Source: Clostridia bacterium
GTDB lineage: Bacteria > CBDUZB01 > JAGLHV01
Length of the DNA: 61,161 nucleotides
NCBI GenBank assembly: GCA_030637025.1
Contig: DAOVVV010000013.1
Span: forward strand, 1 to 61,161
Reading direction: 5' to 3'
Shown: positions 29,616 through 38,907 of the stretch, piece by piece
How positions within the stretch are numbered: position 1 is the stretch's first letter
Layout of the letters: each line of letters starts with the position of its first letter
Notes under the pieces: generated by a model
Seen by the model: only the letters and a program-made list of their open reading frames with translations
Told to the model about the DNA's origin: nothing
Databases searched by the model: none
Program-made: the position numbers and the translations under genes

Positions 29616-31290
29616 TAAAGCCGTAAAACAATGGATAGAAGAAGGGCAGTTAAAGATAAAACAAATTCCTTCTTTTCTTATTGAAGCTCCTCCTCCTAAT
29701 ATTTCCGGGGATTTTTCCTGTAATGTGGCGATGATAATGGCAAAAGAAGTAAAAACATCGCCTTATAAAGTAGCTCAGAAAATTACAGCACTTATTGATA
29801 CAGTAAATATTTGTAGCAAAGTAGAAATAGCCGGGGCAGGATTTATTAATTTTTTTGTGTCTTCCGGGCGGCTTTATAAAGAATTGGAAATAATTTGTAA
29901 ACAAGGAAAAGTGTATGGAAAGGAAAATATAGGAAAAAAGGAATTAGTCCAGATAGAATTTGTTTCAGCTAACCCTACGGGGCCGTTGCATATTGGACAT
30001 GGGCGAGGGGCAGCGATAGGGGATGCACTGGCTAATATTTTGAGTTTTACAGGATATAAAGTAGAGAAAGAATATTATTTAAATGACAGGGGAAAACAAA
30101 TTGAAGTATTGGGATGTTCTGTAATGTTACAATATGATAAAATTTCAGGGCAGCAACTTGACCGGAAGGAAGAAGAATATCTCCAGGAAAAGAAATCGGA
30201 AGATATGTATAAAGGGGAATACATTGAAGAAATAGCCCGCAAGATTTTTAAAGATAAAAAATATGATAAAATAAAAGGGCGAGAGGATGCTGGACATTGG
30301 TTTTTTGAAAAAGAGGCAATAAAGATAATTCAGGGGTGGATAGAGCAGGTACTTAAGGATTTAGGGGTAGAATTTAATACCTGGTTTCAGGAATCAAAAC
30401 TCTATGAAAAAAAAGGAAGACAAACCCAGATAGATAAAGTAATAACCCTTTTAAAAAAGAAAGGATACCTTTATGATAAGGATGAAGCTGTATGGTTTGC
30501 TTCTTCTAAATTAGGCGATGAAAAAGATCGTGTGGTAATCAGGAAAAACAACGAACCAACTTATTTAGCTTCGGACATAGCATATCATTATAATAAATTT
30601 ATACAAAGAAAATTTAAAAAAGTAATTAATATTTGGGGAGCGGACCATCATGGGTATGTTGCCCGGTTAAAGGGAGTAATTACAGCATTAGGGTGTAATC
30701 CCCAGGACCTTCAAGTTATTTTATACCAATTGGTGAGTTTATACCGGGGAGGAAAACAAATTGCTATGTCTACGCGTAAAGGGGAATTTGTTACCTTGAG
30801 TGAAGTTATAAATGAAGTAGGGGCGGATGTTTGCCGGTTTTTCTTTTTAATGAGAGGGGCTAATAGTTCGTTGGATTTTGATTTGGAAATAGCAAAAAAA
30901 CAATCACCGGAAAATCCGGTATATTATATTCAATATGCACACGCCCGAATTTGCAGTATCTTTAAAGAAGCGAAAAAAAGGAAATATTCTTTCCGGAAAA
31001 ACAATATTCACCTTGAATCATTAAAAGAGCCGGAAGAGATGGAATTGATAAAAAGATTAGCTTTTTATCCGGATATAATTGAGCTTTGTACCCGTAAACT
31101 GGAGCCGCACCATTTGGTAATTTATTTACAGGATTTAGCTAAAAAATTTCATAGTTATTATAATAAATTTCGTATTTTATCCAATGATACCGTTTTAAGC
31201 CAGGCAAGGCTGGAATTAGTAAAAGGAGTGAAAATTATTATTAATAATGGACTTAGTTTACTGGGAGTCGGGGTGCCGGAGAAGATGTAA
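29584..31290 (+). CDS. argS: Arginine--tRNA ligase
   Basis: EFVSANPTGPLHIGHGR, GADHHGY, MSTRKG, YIQYAHARI. Confidence 0.97.
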   Translation: MLKKEIEVIINKAVKQWIEEGQLKIKQIPSFLIEAPPPNISGDFSCNVAMIMAKEVKTSPYKVAQKITALIDTVNICSKVEIAGAGFINFFVSSGRLYKELEIICKQGKVYGKENIGKKELVQIEFVSANPTGPLHIGHGRGAAIGDALANILSFTGYKVEKEYYLNDRGKQIEVLGCSVMLQYDKISGQQLDRKEEEYLQEKKSEDMYKGEYIEEIARKIFKDKKYDKIKGREDAGHWFFEKEAIKIIQGWIEQVLKDLGVEFNTWFQESKLYEKKGRQTQIDKVITLLKKKGYLYDKDEAVWFASSKLGDEKDRVVIRKNNEPTYLASDIAYHYNKFIQRKFKKVINIWGADHHGYVARLKGVITALGCNPQDLQVILYQLVSLYRGGKQIAMSTRKGEFVTLSEVINEVGADVCRFFFLMRGANSSLDFDLEIAKKQSPENPVYYIQYAHARICSIFKEAKKRKYSFRKNNIHLESLKEPEEMELIKRLAFYPDIIELCTRKLEPHHLVIYLQDLAKKFHSYYNKFRILSNDTVLSQARLELVKGVKIIINNGLSLLGVGVPEKM

Positions 31291-31318
31291 AAAGGTAAGT
31301 TTCAGGAAAGGATAAAAA

Positions 31319-32170
31319 ATGGGTTTTGATTTTCCGGCAGAACTGATTATTAAGGGTTATCAACAGGTAATAAATTTTTATGTTGATTTTAGAGTAATGC
31401 AGCACGTTGTTTTATTTATTATTTTAGCCTGGTGGTTCACTCATCCGAATACTCAAGGAAAACGTTTTCTTTGTGGATACTTGTCTTTAACTTTTTTAGG
31501 GTTAACCGGGGCAATGGCTCATACAGTGAACTTAATCGGAGTGGTTGATGGTGAAATAAGTTTGTATTTAAGGGTTTTTGAGTTTTTGTTATTTGTTTTA
31601 TTTTTAATTTTGCTAATAGATGCGGTAAGAGGGAAAAGTCTATTGCATTTACCGGGCGGTACCCTTCGGTGGATAGGCTTGGTGCCCATAATGATTATTT
31701 TTTGGTATATTGACCGGAGTAAATGTCCGGGAGGATATCTTTTTAAATTTTTTGAACGAATAGCGTTTTTCCTTTGTATTGCGACGATGGTGGAGTCTTT
31801 GAAAAATAAAGGGAATTATCAATTGACTAAACAAATCTGGAAATGGTGGGTAATTATTCCTTTAAGTATAGGGATTTGGTATCCTGTATATTCAATGAAG
31901 GGATTGAAAACAATTATTTTTTCTCCTTACGGGCTTTTACCCGTACCAACCTTGCTGGTGGCTGTTTCTTTAATAACCCTGGCTAAAGAAATAAATAAGC
32001 TTACTTTTTGGATAATAACCCTGGCTGGTTTTTATTTTGGGTTGGTTGGCTGGCTGAAGTTAAAAATCGGATGGGATTTTGTTTTAGTGATTACTTGTAT
32101 ATATTCTTTTATTTTGTTATTGTTACCAAAATCAGGGTCTTTTGTAAATAATAATGATAAAATCAAGTAA
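31319..32170 (+). CDS. Integral membrane protein of unknown function
   Basis: Multiple hydrophobic helices; SPYGLLPVPT motif. Confidence 0.65.
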   Translation: MGFDFPAELIIKGYQQVINFYVDFRVMQHVVLFIILAWWFTHPNTQGKRFLCGYLSLTFLGLTGAMAHTVNLIGVVDGEISLYLRVFEFLLFVLFLILLIDAVRGKSLLHLPGGTLRWIGLVPIMIIFWYIDRSKCPGGYLFKFFERIAFFLCIATMVESLKNKGNYQLTKQIWKWWVIIPLSIGIWYPVYSMKGLKTIIFSPYGLLPVPTLLVAVSLITLAKEINKLTFWIITLAGFYFGLVGWLKLKIGWDFVLVITCIYSFILLLLPKSGSFVNNNDKIK

Positions 32171-32884
32171 TCATTTAGGCTGAGATTTATTTATTAAAAC
32201 TACTAATTCTCCTTTTAGAGATCTTTCTTTAATTTTTTCTATAACATCATCTATTTCTCCTCTAATTATTTCTTCGAATTTTTTGGTTAATTCCCGGGCA
32301 AGAACTGTTTGTACCTCTCCCATTACTTCCCGGACTATTTCCAGGGTCTTATTTATGCGATAACAGGATTCATAAAAAATCAAAGTTTTTTCACAAAGGA
32401 GTGCTTTATTTAATTGTTTTTTTATTTTACCTTTTTTTCTGGGTAAGAAACCTAAAAAAAGAAAACCGTCGATTGGTAGACCCGAAAGAGTAAGGCCGCA
32501 AATTATTGCCGAAGGGCCGGGAAGAGCAGTTACAATAATTTTTTCAGCAAGGGCTTGTTGAATAAGGACACTCCCCGGATCTGATATTCCCGGGGTCCCG
32601 CTATCGGAAACCAGTGCGACATTTTTTCCTTCTTTTAAGAATTTAATTAGGTAGATTCCTTTATTTAGGCGATTATGCTGATGGTAACTTGTTAAAGAAG
32701 TATGAATATTATAGTGACTTAATAATTTTCTGGTGTGTCTGGTATCTTCTGCCGCAATTAAATTTACTTCTTTTAAAATACGCAGGGCACGCAGGGTAAT
32801 ATCCTCTAAATTTCCGATAGGAGTGGCTACTATATAGAGAGTACCGTAAAGAGAAACAGATTTATTGGAAGAAATATTTTTCAT
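32171..32884 (-). CDS. rsmI: 16S rRNA C1402 2'-O-methyltransferase
   Basis: LYIVATPIGNLEDIT, AAEDTR, SDSGTPGISDPG, ARELTKKFEE. Confidence 0.96.
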   Translation of the reverse strand: MKNISSNKSVSLYGTLYIVATPIGNLEDITLRALRILKEVNLIAAEDTRHTRKLLSHYNIHTSLTSYHQHNRLNKGIYLIKFLKEGKNVALVSDSGTPGISDPGSVLIQQALAEKIIVTALPGPSAIICGLTLSGLPIDGFLFLGFLPRKKGKIKKQLNKALLCEKTLIFYESCYRINKTLEIVREVMGEVQTVLARELTKKFEEIIRGEIDDVIEKIKERSLKGELVVLINKSQPK

Positions 32885-32888
32885 AGGA

Positions 32889-35000
32889 TTAAAATTGAAT
32901 TCTTGTTTCTATAGAAGTATTTTCTGTTGGATTTCCGTATAAGTCAAAGGTTTGCTGATAAATTATTAATAAACAAATATGAGTATCGACGAAATAACCG
33001 ATTTCTGTTTTTAAAATTGTGTTAGGCCCCTTTATTTTTTCCAAATCATTCCACTTTTCTACATCCCGTTTATCGTAAGAGAAAGACAGAGAACCTTTAT
33101 TCATTAAAAGAGAAGGGTCTATTTTGAGTTCCCCGTGAATATGAGGATAGTTAAGATTACCGGACGGAAGGTTAAAATCTTCATAAGTAATAAGTGTTTC
33201 CAAGCCCTGGATTAAATTACAGCTTAATTCTAAATAAGGTCCTTCTTTTATAGGGCCGGAAGTTGGGGATACAGTAAAACATTTTGTAGAACGGTCTATA
33301 TCATAGTAACTGTCAAAATAAGAAGCAATAAAATTATTTTCCAATCTTCTGTATGCTCCCTGGAAATGGATGCCGAGATTTTTTAGGGAACCGGTTATTC
33401 CGGAAGAATAACCAATGCCCTTATTTTTACTTCCGGCGATGATATATTGTTTTCCGATATTCATCTGGGCCCCTTCTGCATAAGTGGTAAAAGTAAAAAG
33501 ATTGTTTTCAAAAATAGGAATGTCTAAATCTGCCCCAAAAATCGTGATTTTATCGTCTTTGGTATCTTTGTTTAAGTCTGGGTTTTGGTCGCTGGCAACA
33601 GAAAAGCCCAAACCGGCATTGGTTAATAAAGGGAACCCGCTGCTATACATTGGCCGGAAGAAAATCCTTCCTCCTAAAATACCGTTGCTGTCGATATCAC
33701 TGATTATTGTTTCAAATCCACCCCAGCCAAAATTTAAATCTAATTCTGCCCCGATTTGTTTGACCTCGGGATATTGTAACATATTAGAATAACGGTTGAT
33801 AATTAGGCCGTGGCCTAAACTAATGTCTTTAAATCCTCCTAAATAAGCGAAAAGAATTTCTTTTTTACGGCCGTAACGGATATACCATAATTTATCAAGG
33901 ATATCTTTTGTATCATCCCAGTCAACATCTCTTAATTTGTTGTTTTCGTCAAAATAAAAGACAATATTTAACCCGACACCAAACTTCCCAAAACATATTT
34001 CAGGTAAAAGACTAAATTTATAATAGACTTTTTGTTGATTAGTATCCGGGTCAATTAATGCAGTAGCCCCAAGGGTTCCGTACATGGTAAAATCCAAAGC
34101 TTTTTTTTGTGGTTTGACTTTTTTCGTAGGAAAAGGAATAGCCGTATCTGTAGTAACCGGTGTTTGTTTTTCGACAGAAGAGGAGCTATCAGGCAAAGGT
34201 TCGGCCTTTTTTTCCGGTAATGACTGAGAGGGAGGGATGCTTTCCGGTGCGGAAACAGGCTTTGGTGTAGAAGCAGGTTCTGAAGTGGAAATGTATTCCG
34301 AATCAGAAATATCCTCAGAAGAAGAGACAGGCTTAGCAGCAGAAACAGATTTTGAGGTAAAAACTAATTGAGGGGGTGATGGGGGAGAGTTAAGTTTTAC
34401 GATGCTTTGTTGCCCGTCTTTAACCAACACTTCTTTTTCTAAGCCGGAACTTTTTTTTACACCGACAATCCCTTTTAGTGTCCTTACAAGGGTTTCGCCT
34501 TTTCTATTTACCCGTACCGAAAAAGTAGTTCCTTTTACGGTACAAATAGCAGTGGGAGTATATATTTGGAAATTATCCTGAGGGAGGAGATTTTTTGTTT
34601 TTATTGAGATGATTCCTCTCCACAGCACTAATTGAATTATTTCGTTGTTTTTATTTTCTGTCCAGGCTAATTTTTTTATAGTGAGCACAGAATTTTCTTT
34701 TACTTTTATAATAGTACCATTTTCTAAAACCAGTATAATCCAGGATTTAGGGTGGACAGTAATATTATCCCCTTCTTGTAAAGACATACCGGTATAAGCG
34801 AGACTTTCTGTTTCGGATAGGGCAATAGTTGCTTCAATTTTTCCGTAAAGAGTTCGGACTTTAATAGTACGTGCAGTATGATGTATCTCTTGATTCTTTA
34901 TTTCTTGATAATTTGTCTCTTGTGCCGGAATGGGAGTTTTAAGTCCGAAAAGCAAATAAAAAAAAGCAGTTAAAAAAAGAAAATGTTTTAATTTACACAT
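32889..35000 (-). CDS. FecR-domain protein with Pro/Ser linker and probable C-terminal beta-barrel
   Basis: Signal peptide, FQIYTPTAICTVKGTTF FecR motif, low-complexity linker, C-terminal TRIQF; start MCKLK after AGGAG. Confidence 0.75.
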   Translation of the reverse strand: MCKLKHFLFLTAFFYLLFGLKTPIPAQETNYQEIKNQEIHHTARTIKVRTLYGKIEATIALSETESLAYTGMSLQEGDNITVHPKSWIILVLENGTIIKVKENSVLTIKKLAWTENKNNEIIQLVLWRGIISIKTKNLLPQDNFQIYTPTAICTVKGTTFSVRVNRKGETLVRTLKGIVGVKKSSGLEKEVLVKDGQQSIVKLNSPPSPPQLVFTSKSVSAAKPVSSSEDISDSEYISTSEPASTPKPVSAPESIPPSQSLPEKKAEPLPDSSSSVEKQTPVTTDTAIPFPTKKVKPQKKALDFTMYGTLGATALIDPDTNQQKVYYKFSLLPEICFGKFGVGLNIVFYFDENNKLRDVDWDDTKDILDKLWYIRYGRKKEILFAYLGGFKDISLGHGLIINRYSNMLQYPEVKQIGAELDLNFGWGGFETIISDIDSNGILGGRIFFRPMYSSGFPLLTNAGLGFSVASDQNPDLNKDTKDDKITIFGADLDIPIFENNLFTFTTYAEGAQMNIGKQYIIAGSKNKGIGYSSGITGSLKNLGIHFQGAYRRLENNFIASYFDSYYDIDRSTKCFTVSPTSGPIKEGPYLELSCNLIQGLETLITYEDFNLPSGNLNYPHIHGELKIDPSLLMNKGSLSFSYDKRDVEKWNDLEKIKGPNTILKTEIGYFVDTHICLLIIYQQTFDLYGNPTENTSIETRIQF

Positions 35001-35094
35001 TTTTTCTCCTGAAAAAATTTGTTTAATCCCCCTCACTTTGTTGCGGGGGTAGTTTCTTTATAAAAAATAAAAAGACTAATGTCCGGGAAAGGAA

Positions 35095-35943
35095 TTAGTA
35101 TTCGTATGTTAACCATTTGAGAGGATCTACCGTAACGCCATAAATGTATAATCCCCAGTGGAGATGTGCTCCGGTGGATAAACCTGTAGACCCTACTTCT
35201 CCGATGTGCTCTCCTTTTTTTACCATTTTTCCCGGCTGAACGGTTATAGAAGAAAGATGCATGTAAATAGTTTGTATTCCTTCCCCATGGTCCAACAAAA
35301 CTAACTTCCCTTGAAGGGAAAATTTTTCAGCCAGAACAACTATTCCCTTATTAGAGGCAAAGACAGGGGTACCCCGGGGAGCACCAAAATCAACCCCTTT
35401 ATGTTGATTCCATGGTGTAGTTTTATTTATTGTCCGGTAAGTTCCGTATCCATCGGTAATTCTACCTTTCACCGGCCGCAGGAATTTTCCTTGCCACAGG
35501 GGAAAAGGAATGCCCCTTTTTAAAAATCGATAAAGTTTTTTTCTTTCCACCTTGTTTTGCGGAAGGGAGATTAAGTTGCTCTTTTTGCGCTTGAGGTTGA
35601 GATTAACAGTGCGAAACCTTCCCGGCTTTATTTCTATTTTCCTGCTCCAAAACTTTATTTTCTTTTTATTTTGTAATTGAAAAATATTGAGTTTATATTT
35701 CCCGGGAGGTAGCTGGCAGGAAAGGCCGATAAGACAGCATTGGTTTTTTTGTTTTACCGGATAGAAAGGATATTCTTTTTGATTAAAGGCGGCTATAAAT
35801 TTTTTACGGGAAGAAGTTTGAGTAATAGTTATTTTTAAGGTATCACCACTTTTAGGGCTAAAGGGGAAAAGAAAAACTTTTTCTGTACTCCATGAACAAA
35901 ACAGAAGAAAACAAAACAGAAAAATTGTTTTTTTAAGACGCAT
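35095..35943 (-). CDS. M23 family metallopeptidase
   Basis: HKGVD, YMHL, GSTGLSTGAHLHW. Confidence 0.92.
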   Translation of the reverse strand: MRLKKTIFLFCFLLFCSWSTEKVFLFPFSPKSGDTLKITITQTSSRKKFIAAFNQKEYPFYPVKQKNQCCLIGLSCQLPPGKYKLNIFQLQNKKKIKFWSRKIEIKPGRFRTVNLNLKRKKSNLISLPQNKVERKKLYRFLKRGIPFPLWQGKFLRPVKGRITDGYGTYRTINKTTPWNQHKGVDFGAPRGTPVFASNKGIVVLAEKFSLQGKLVLLDHGEGIQTIYMHLSSITVQPGKMVKKGEHIGEVGSTGLSTGAHLHWGLYIYGVTVDPLKWLTYEY

Positions 35944-35993
35944 AAAATCCTCAATAAAAAGTTGAATAAATGTCCAATACCCGAAAATAAAAA

Positions 35994-37403
35994 TTATTTA
36001 CCAATACAAAAAGTAGAAAAAATTTTCTCCAAAAGATCCGCGGATACATTTTTCCCCGTTAATTCCCCTAAAGAATTTAAAGCATTTCTCATATCCATAC
36101 TGATAAATTCTTCGGATTGTTCTTGAATAATAGAGTCCCTGGCTAAGATTATGAATTTTTTTGTTTGTAAGAGAATATTTTTATGGCGGATATTAGTAAT
36201 GCAGGTATTTTCCCTTACAGCAATATTCTCGTTAATAAATAAAGAATAAATAAGTTCTTTAAGTTTATTTATTCCGATTAATCGGGTAGCAGAAGTTTTT
36301 ATTATAGGCGGAGAAAAAGAAAATAAACTTTTAATTTTTTCTTCGGTAAATTTTTGTTTTAAATCACATTTATTGGCAACAACAATAATTTTTTTCTCCA
36401 GGGACGGAAGAGATAATTCAGACAAAATAGAAAAATCTTCTTTGGTTAAATTTCCGGAAGAATCTAAAACCAGCAGGATTAGGTCCGCAGACTGAATTGA
36501 TTTTTTACTTTGTTTGATGCTTTTTTCTTCAATCTCATTTTGTCCGGAAGATTTTATTCCGGCAGTATCAGTAATTTTTACCAGTAGTCCGGAAATATTT
36601 ATTTCTTTTTCTATAGCATCTCTGGTAGTTCCGGGGGTAGAAGAAACTATTACCTGTTCATCCTCAAGAAGGGCATTTAACAGGGAAGATTTTCCTACGT
36701 TCGGTTTTCCTATAAAGGTTGTTTTTAATCCGTTACTTAAAATTTTTCCTGTAAAAGTAGTGGCTATCAAATCCTCTATTTGGGCTAAAATCAAATCTAT
36801 ATTTTTTAGCATTTCTGCACTGTTAAGTTGGGGAATATCTTCTTGTGCAAAGTCTAAAAGCGCTTCTAAATGAGCGGTTAAATCAAATATTTTTTGCCAG
36901 ATAGAATTTACTTTATTAGATAAAGAGCCTTTTAGTTGTTTTGTTGCAGAGGAAAGAGAGAGTTCTGTTTTTGCTCGAATGATATCGCATACTGCTTCTG
37001 CTTGAATTAAATCTATTCGTCCGTTGAGAAATGCCCGTTTGGTAAACTCTCCTGGGTCGGCTAAGCGTAAACCTTTTTTTAAGCAAGCTTCTAATATTTT
37101 CTTTACCGGGATAGTTCCTCCGTGGCAGGAGATTTCAACAATGTCTTCTCCTGTGTAAGTGTGGGGTGCTCGCATTATTGTTACCAGGGCTTGATCCAGA
37201 ATTTCTCCTTTTCCCTTTTGGTCAGGATAAATATATCCGTAATGAACAGTATGGCTGGGAACAGTAGAAAGTGTTTTTCCCTTATTAGAAGATTGAAAAA
37301 GTTCTTCCACCCGGGCGATAACATTTTTTCCACTTAAACGAACAATCCCGATACCCCCCTCTCCCGAAGGGGTGGAAATAGCAACAATGGCATCATTAAA
37401 CAT
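35994..37403 (-). CDS. mnmE: tRNA modification GTPase MnmE
   Basis: GKPNVGKSS, GTTRD, DTAG, NKCD, C-terminal FCIGK. Confidence 0.97.
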   Translation of the reverse strand: MFNDAIVAISTPSGEGGIGIVRLSGKNVIARVEELFQSSNKGKTLSTVPSHTVHYGYIYPDQKGKGEILDQALVTIMRAPHTYTGEDIVEISCHGGTIPVKKILEACLKKGLRLADPGEFTKRAFLNGRIDLIQAEAVCDIIRAKTELSLSSATKQLKGSLSNKVNSIWQKIFDLTAHLEALLDFAQEDIPQLNSAEMLKNIDLILAQIEDLIATTFTGKILSNGLKTTFIGKPNVGKSSLLNALLEDEQVIVSSTPGTTRDAIEKEINISGLLVKITDTAGIKSSGQNEIEEKSIKQSKKSIQSADLILLVLDSSGNLTKEDFSILSELSLPSLEKKIIVVANKCDLKQKFTEEKIKSLFSFSPPIIKTSATRLIGINKLKELIYSLFINENIAVRENTCITNIRHKNILLQTKKFIILARDSIIQEQSEEFISMDMRNALNSLGELTGKNVSADLLEKIFSTFCIGK

Positions 37404-37481
37404 AGAAAAATCCTTAACCTGATTAAAAAATATACCTTTTTAGACATTAGGTAATCGATAACTTTAGAATCGACTTATACC

Positions 37482-38150
37482 TTATTTATTCTCTTTTAAA
37501 CTAATAGTAATTCTGCGAAAGGGTCCTTCCCCATGAGATACAGTTTGTACAAAAGGGTCAGATTGAAGGGTTGAATGAATTATTTTCCTCTCCGGAGGAG
37601 AGAGAGGGGCTAAAATTATTTTTTCTCTGGAGGTTTTTACCTTTTCAGCAGAATTTTGTGCTAAACAGACAAGTTTTTCTTTTTGCCGGGTACGATAGCC
37701 TTCGATATCCAGGATTATTTTTTGCTGATAGCTTTTACCCACGCTTAAATTAACTAAAAATTGCAATGAATCCAGAAGCTGTCCTTTTTTTTCGAGTAAA
37801 AGAGAACTGTCTTTAGTTTTTATATCCAGGAATACTTGTTGTTCTTGCAGGAAAGATTCTACCTTGCTCTCAATTTTCATAAGACATAGAGTTTTTTCCA
37901 AAATTTGTTTTGCTTGAATCACCGAAGTAGAAGTTAAACTCTCCTGAGAGATTCCCTCTCCTGTTTTTTTTTGAGAGATTTTTACCTTTGCCGGACTGGC
38001 TCCCATTAATCCAAATAATCCTGCTTTTCCTTCATCGAGGATTTTTATTTCTACCTCGTTATGTTCTAATGCCAATTTTCTTAAACCCTTTTGGATTGCT
38101 TCTTCTACAGTTCTTCCTGTTATCTCTAAACCCTTCATTAAAATATTCAT
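37482..38150 (-). CDS. jag: RNA-binding protein Jag/KhpB/EloR
   Basis: Jag_N (GRTVEEAI..GLFG), KH-like domain, R3H motif ERKIIH. Confidence 0.92.
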   Translation of the reverse strand: MNILMKGLEITGRTVEEAIQKGLRKLALEHNEVEIKILDEGKAGLFGLMGASPAKVKISQKKTGEGISQESLTSTSVIQAKQILEKTLCLMKIESKVESFLQEQQVFLDIKTKDSSLLLEKKGQLLDSLQFLVNLSVGKSYQQKIILDIEGYRTRQKEKLVCLAQNSAEKVKTSREKIILAPLSPPERKIIHSTLQSDPFVQTVSHGEGPFRRITISLKENK

Positions 38151-38207
38151 CCTCTCTCTAAATCCTTTTTAACCCGAGTTTTAATAAACCGGAAAGATAG
38201 CAAAAAT

Positions 38208-38236
38208 ATTATATATTATATAAAAAAAGAAGTCAA
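38208..38236 (-). promoter_or_regulatory. Promoter for jag-mnmE block
   Basis: TTGACT-N17-TATAAT on the - strand. Confidence 0.6.
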
Positions 38237-38445
38237 TTTAAATTTCAAGGAAAGCATTTTAGCAGACTTACAATCCGCCGTTATGGTTGGCGGAAAGAGG
38301 AAAATATTGAAAGAGTAAGGTAAAATTTTTGGGAGGACGGTAAGGGATAGAGAAAGAACTTGAAGTTATGTTAAATTTGTGATATTATAAAAAAATAGGT
38401 CTAAAAAAAAGAGTGTTTTTTTTAAGAAAACAAAAGGGAAAAAAG

Positions 38446-38682
38446 ATGTTTCCTGTAACTATTGATGAAAAAATGGTGATTTTGATTGGATTATTTATTA
38501 TTATTATGGCATTAGTATTTCGGAAAAGAGTAGAAACAACTTTTGATTTTAAAAAATGGGTTATTCTTTTAGTTTTAGGAATTATTATTTTTGCTATCCA
38601 TAATAACCCGGGTAATCCTTTCCCTAAATTAAGCATACCAATATTAGCAATGGTGGGTCTTTTTATCCTGATACATTTCTGA
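38446..38682 (+). CDS. Small membrane protein
   Basis: Three hydrophobic segments; start MFPVT. Confidence 0.55.
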   Translation: MFPVTIDEKMVILIGLFIIIMALVFRKRVETTFDFKKWVILLVLGIIIFAIHNNPGNPFPKLSIPILAMVGLFILIHF

Positions 38683-38907
38683 CGAAATGATTGGGGAAAA
38701 TTTATTTTTACTTTAAAGATAATACTTCTTTGAATTAGAATAAATATTTGTTATAATATTTCTTTAAAATCCGTTTAATTTTATGCTTAAATTCGGAAAA
38801 ATTAACAGCAGCCGGTTCCCGGACAAATTAAATAGTAGAGTAAAAAAACAAAATTAGTCTAAATTTTATCAGGATAAAAAATTATTAAAAACGAAAGAAG
38901 AAAAATA

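Noticed and set aside
38349-38376. dif-like site (TTATGTTAAAT XerD arm)
   Set aside because: No XerC-like arm, it lies near the origin rather than the terminus, and it overlaps a promoter-like TTGAAG..TATTAT.
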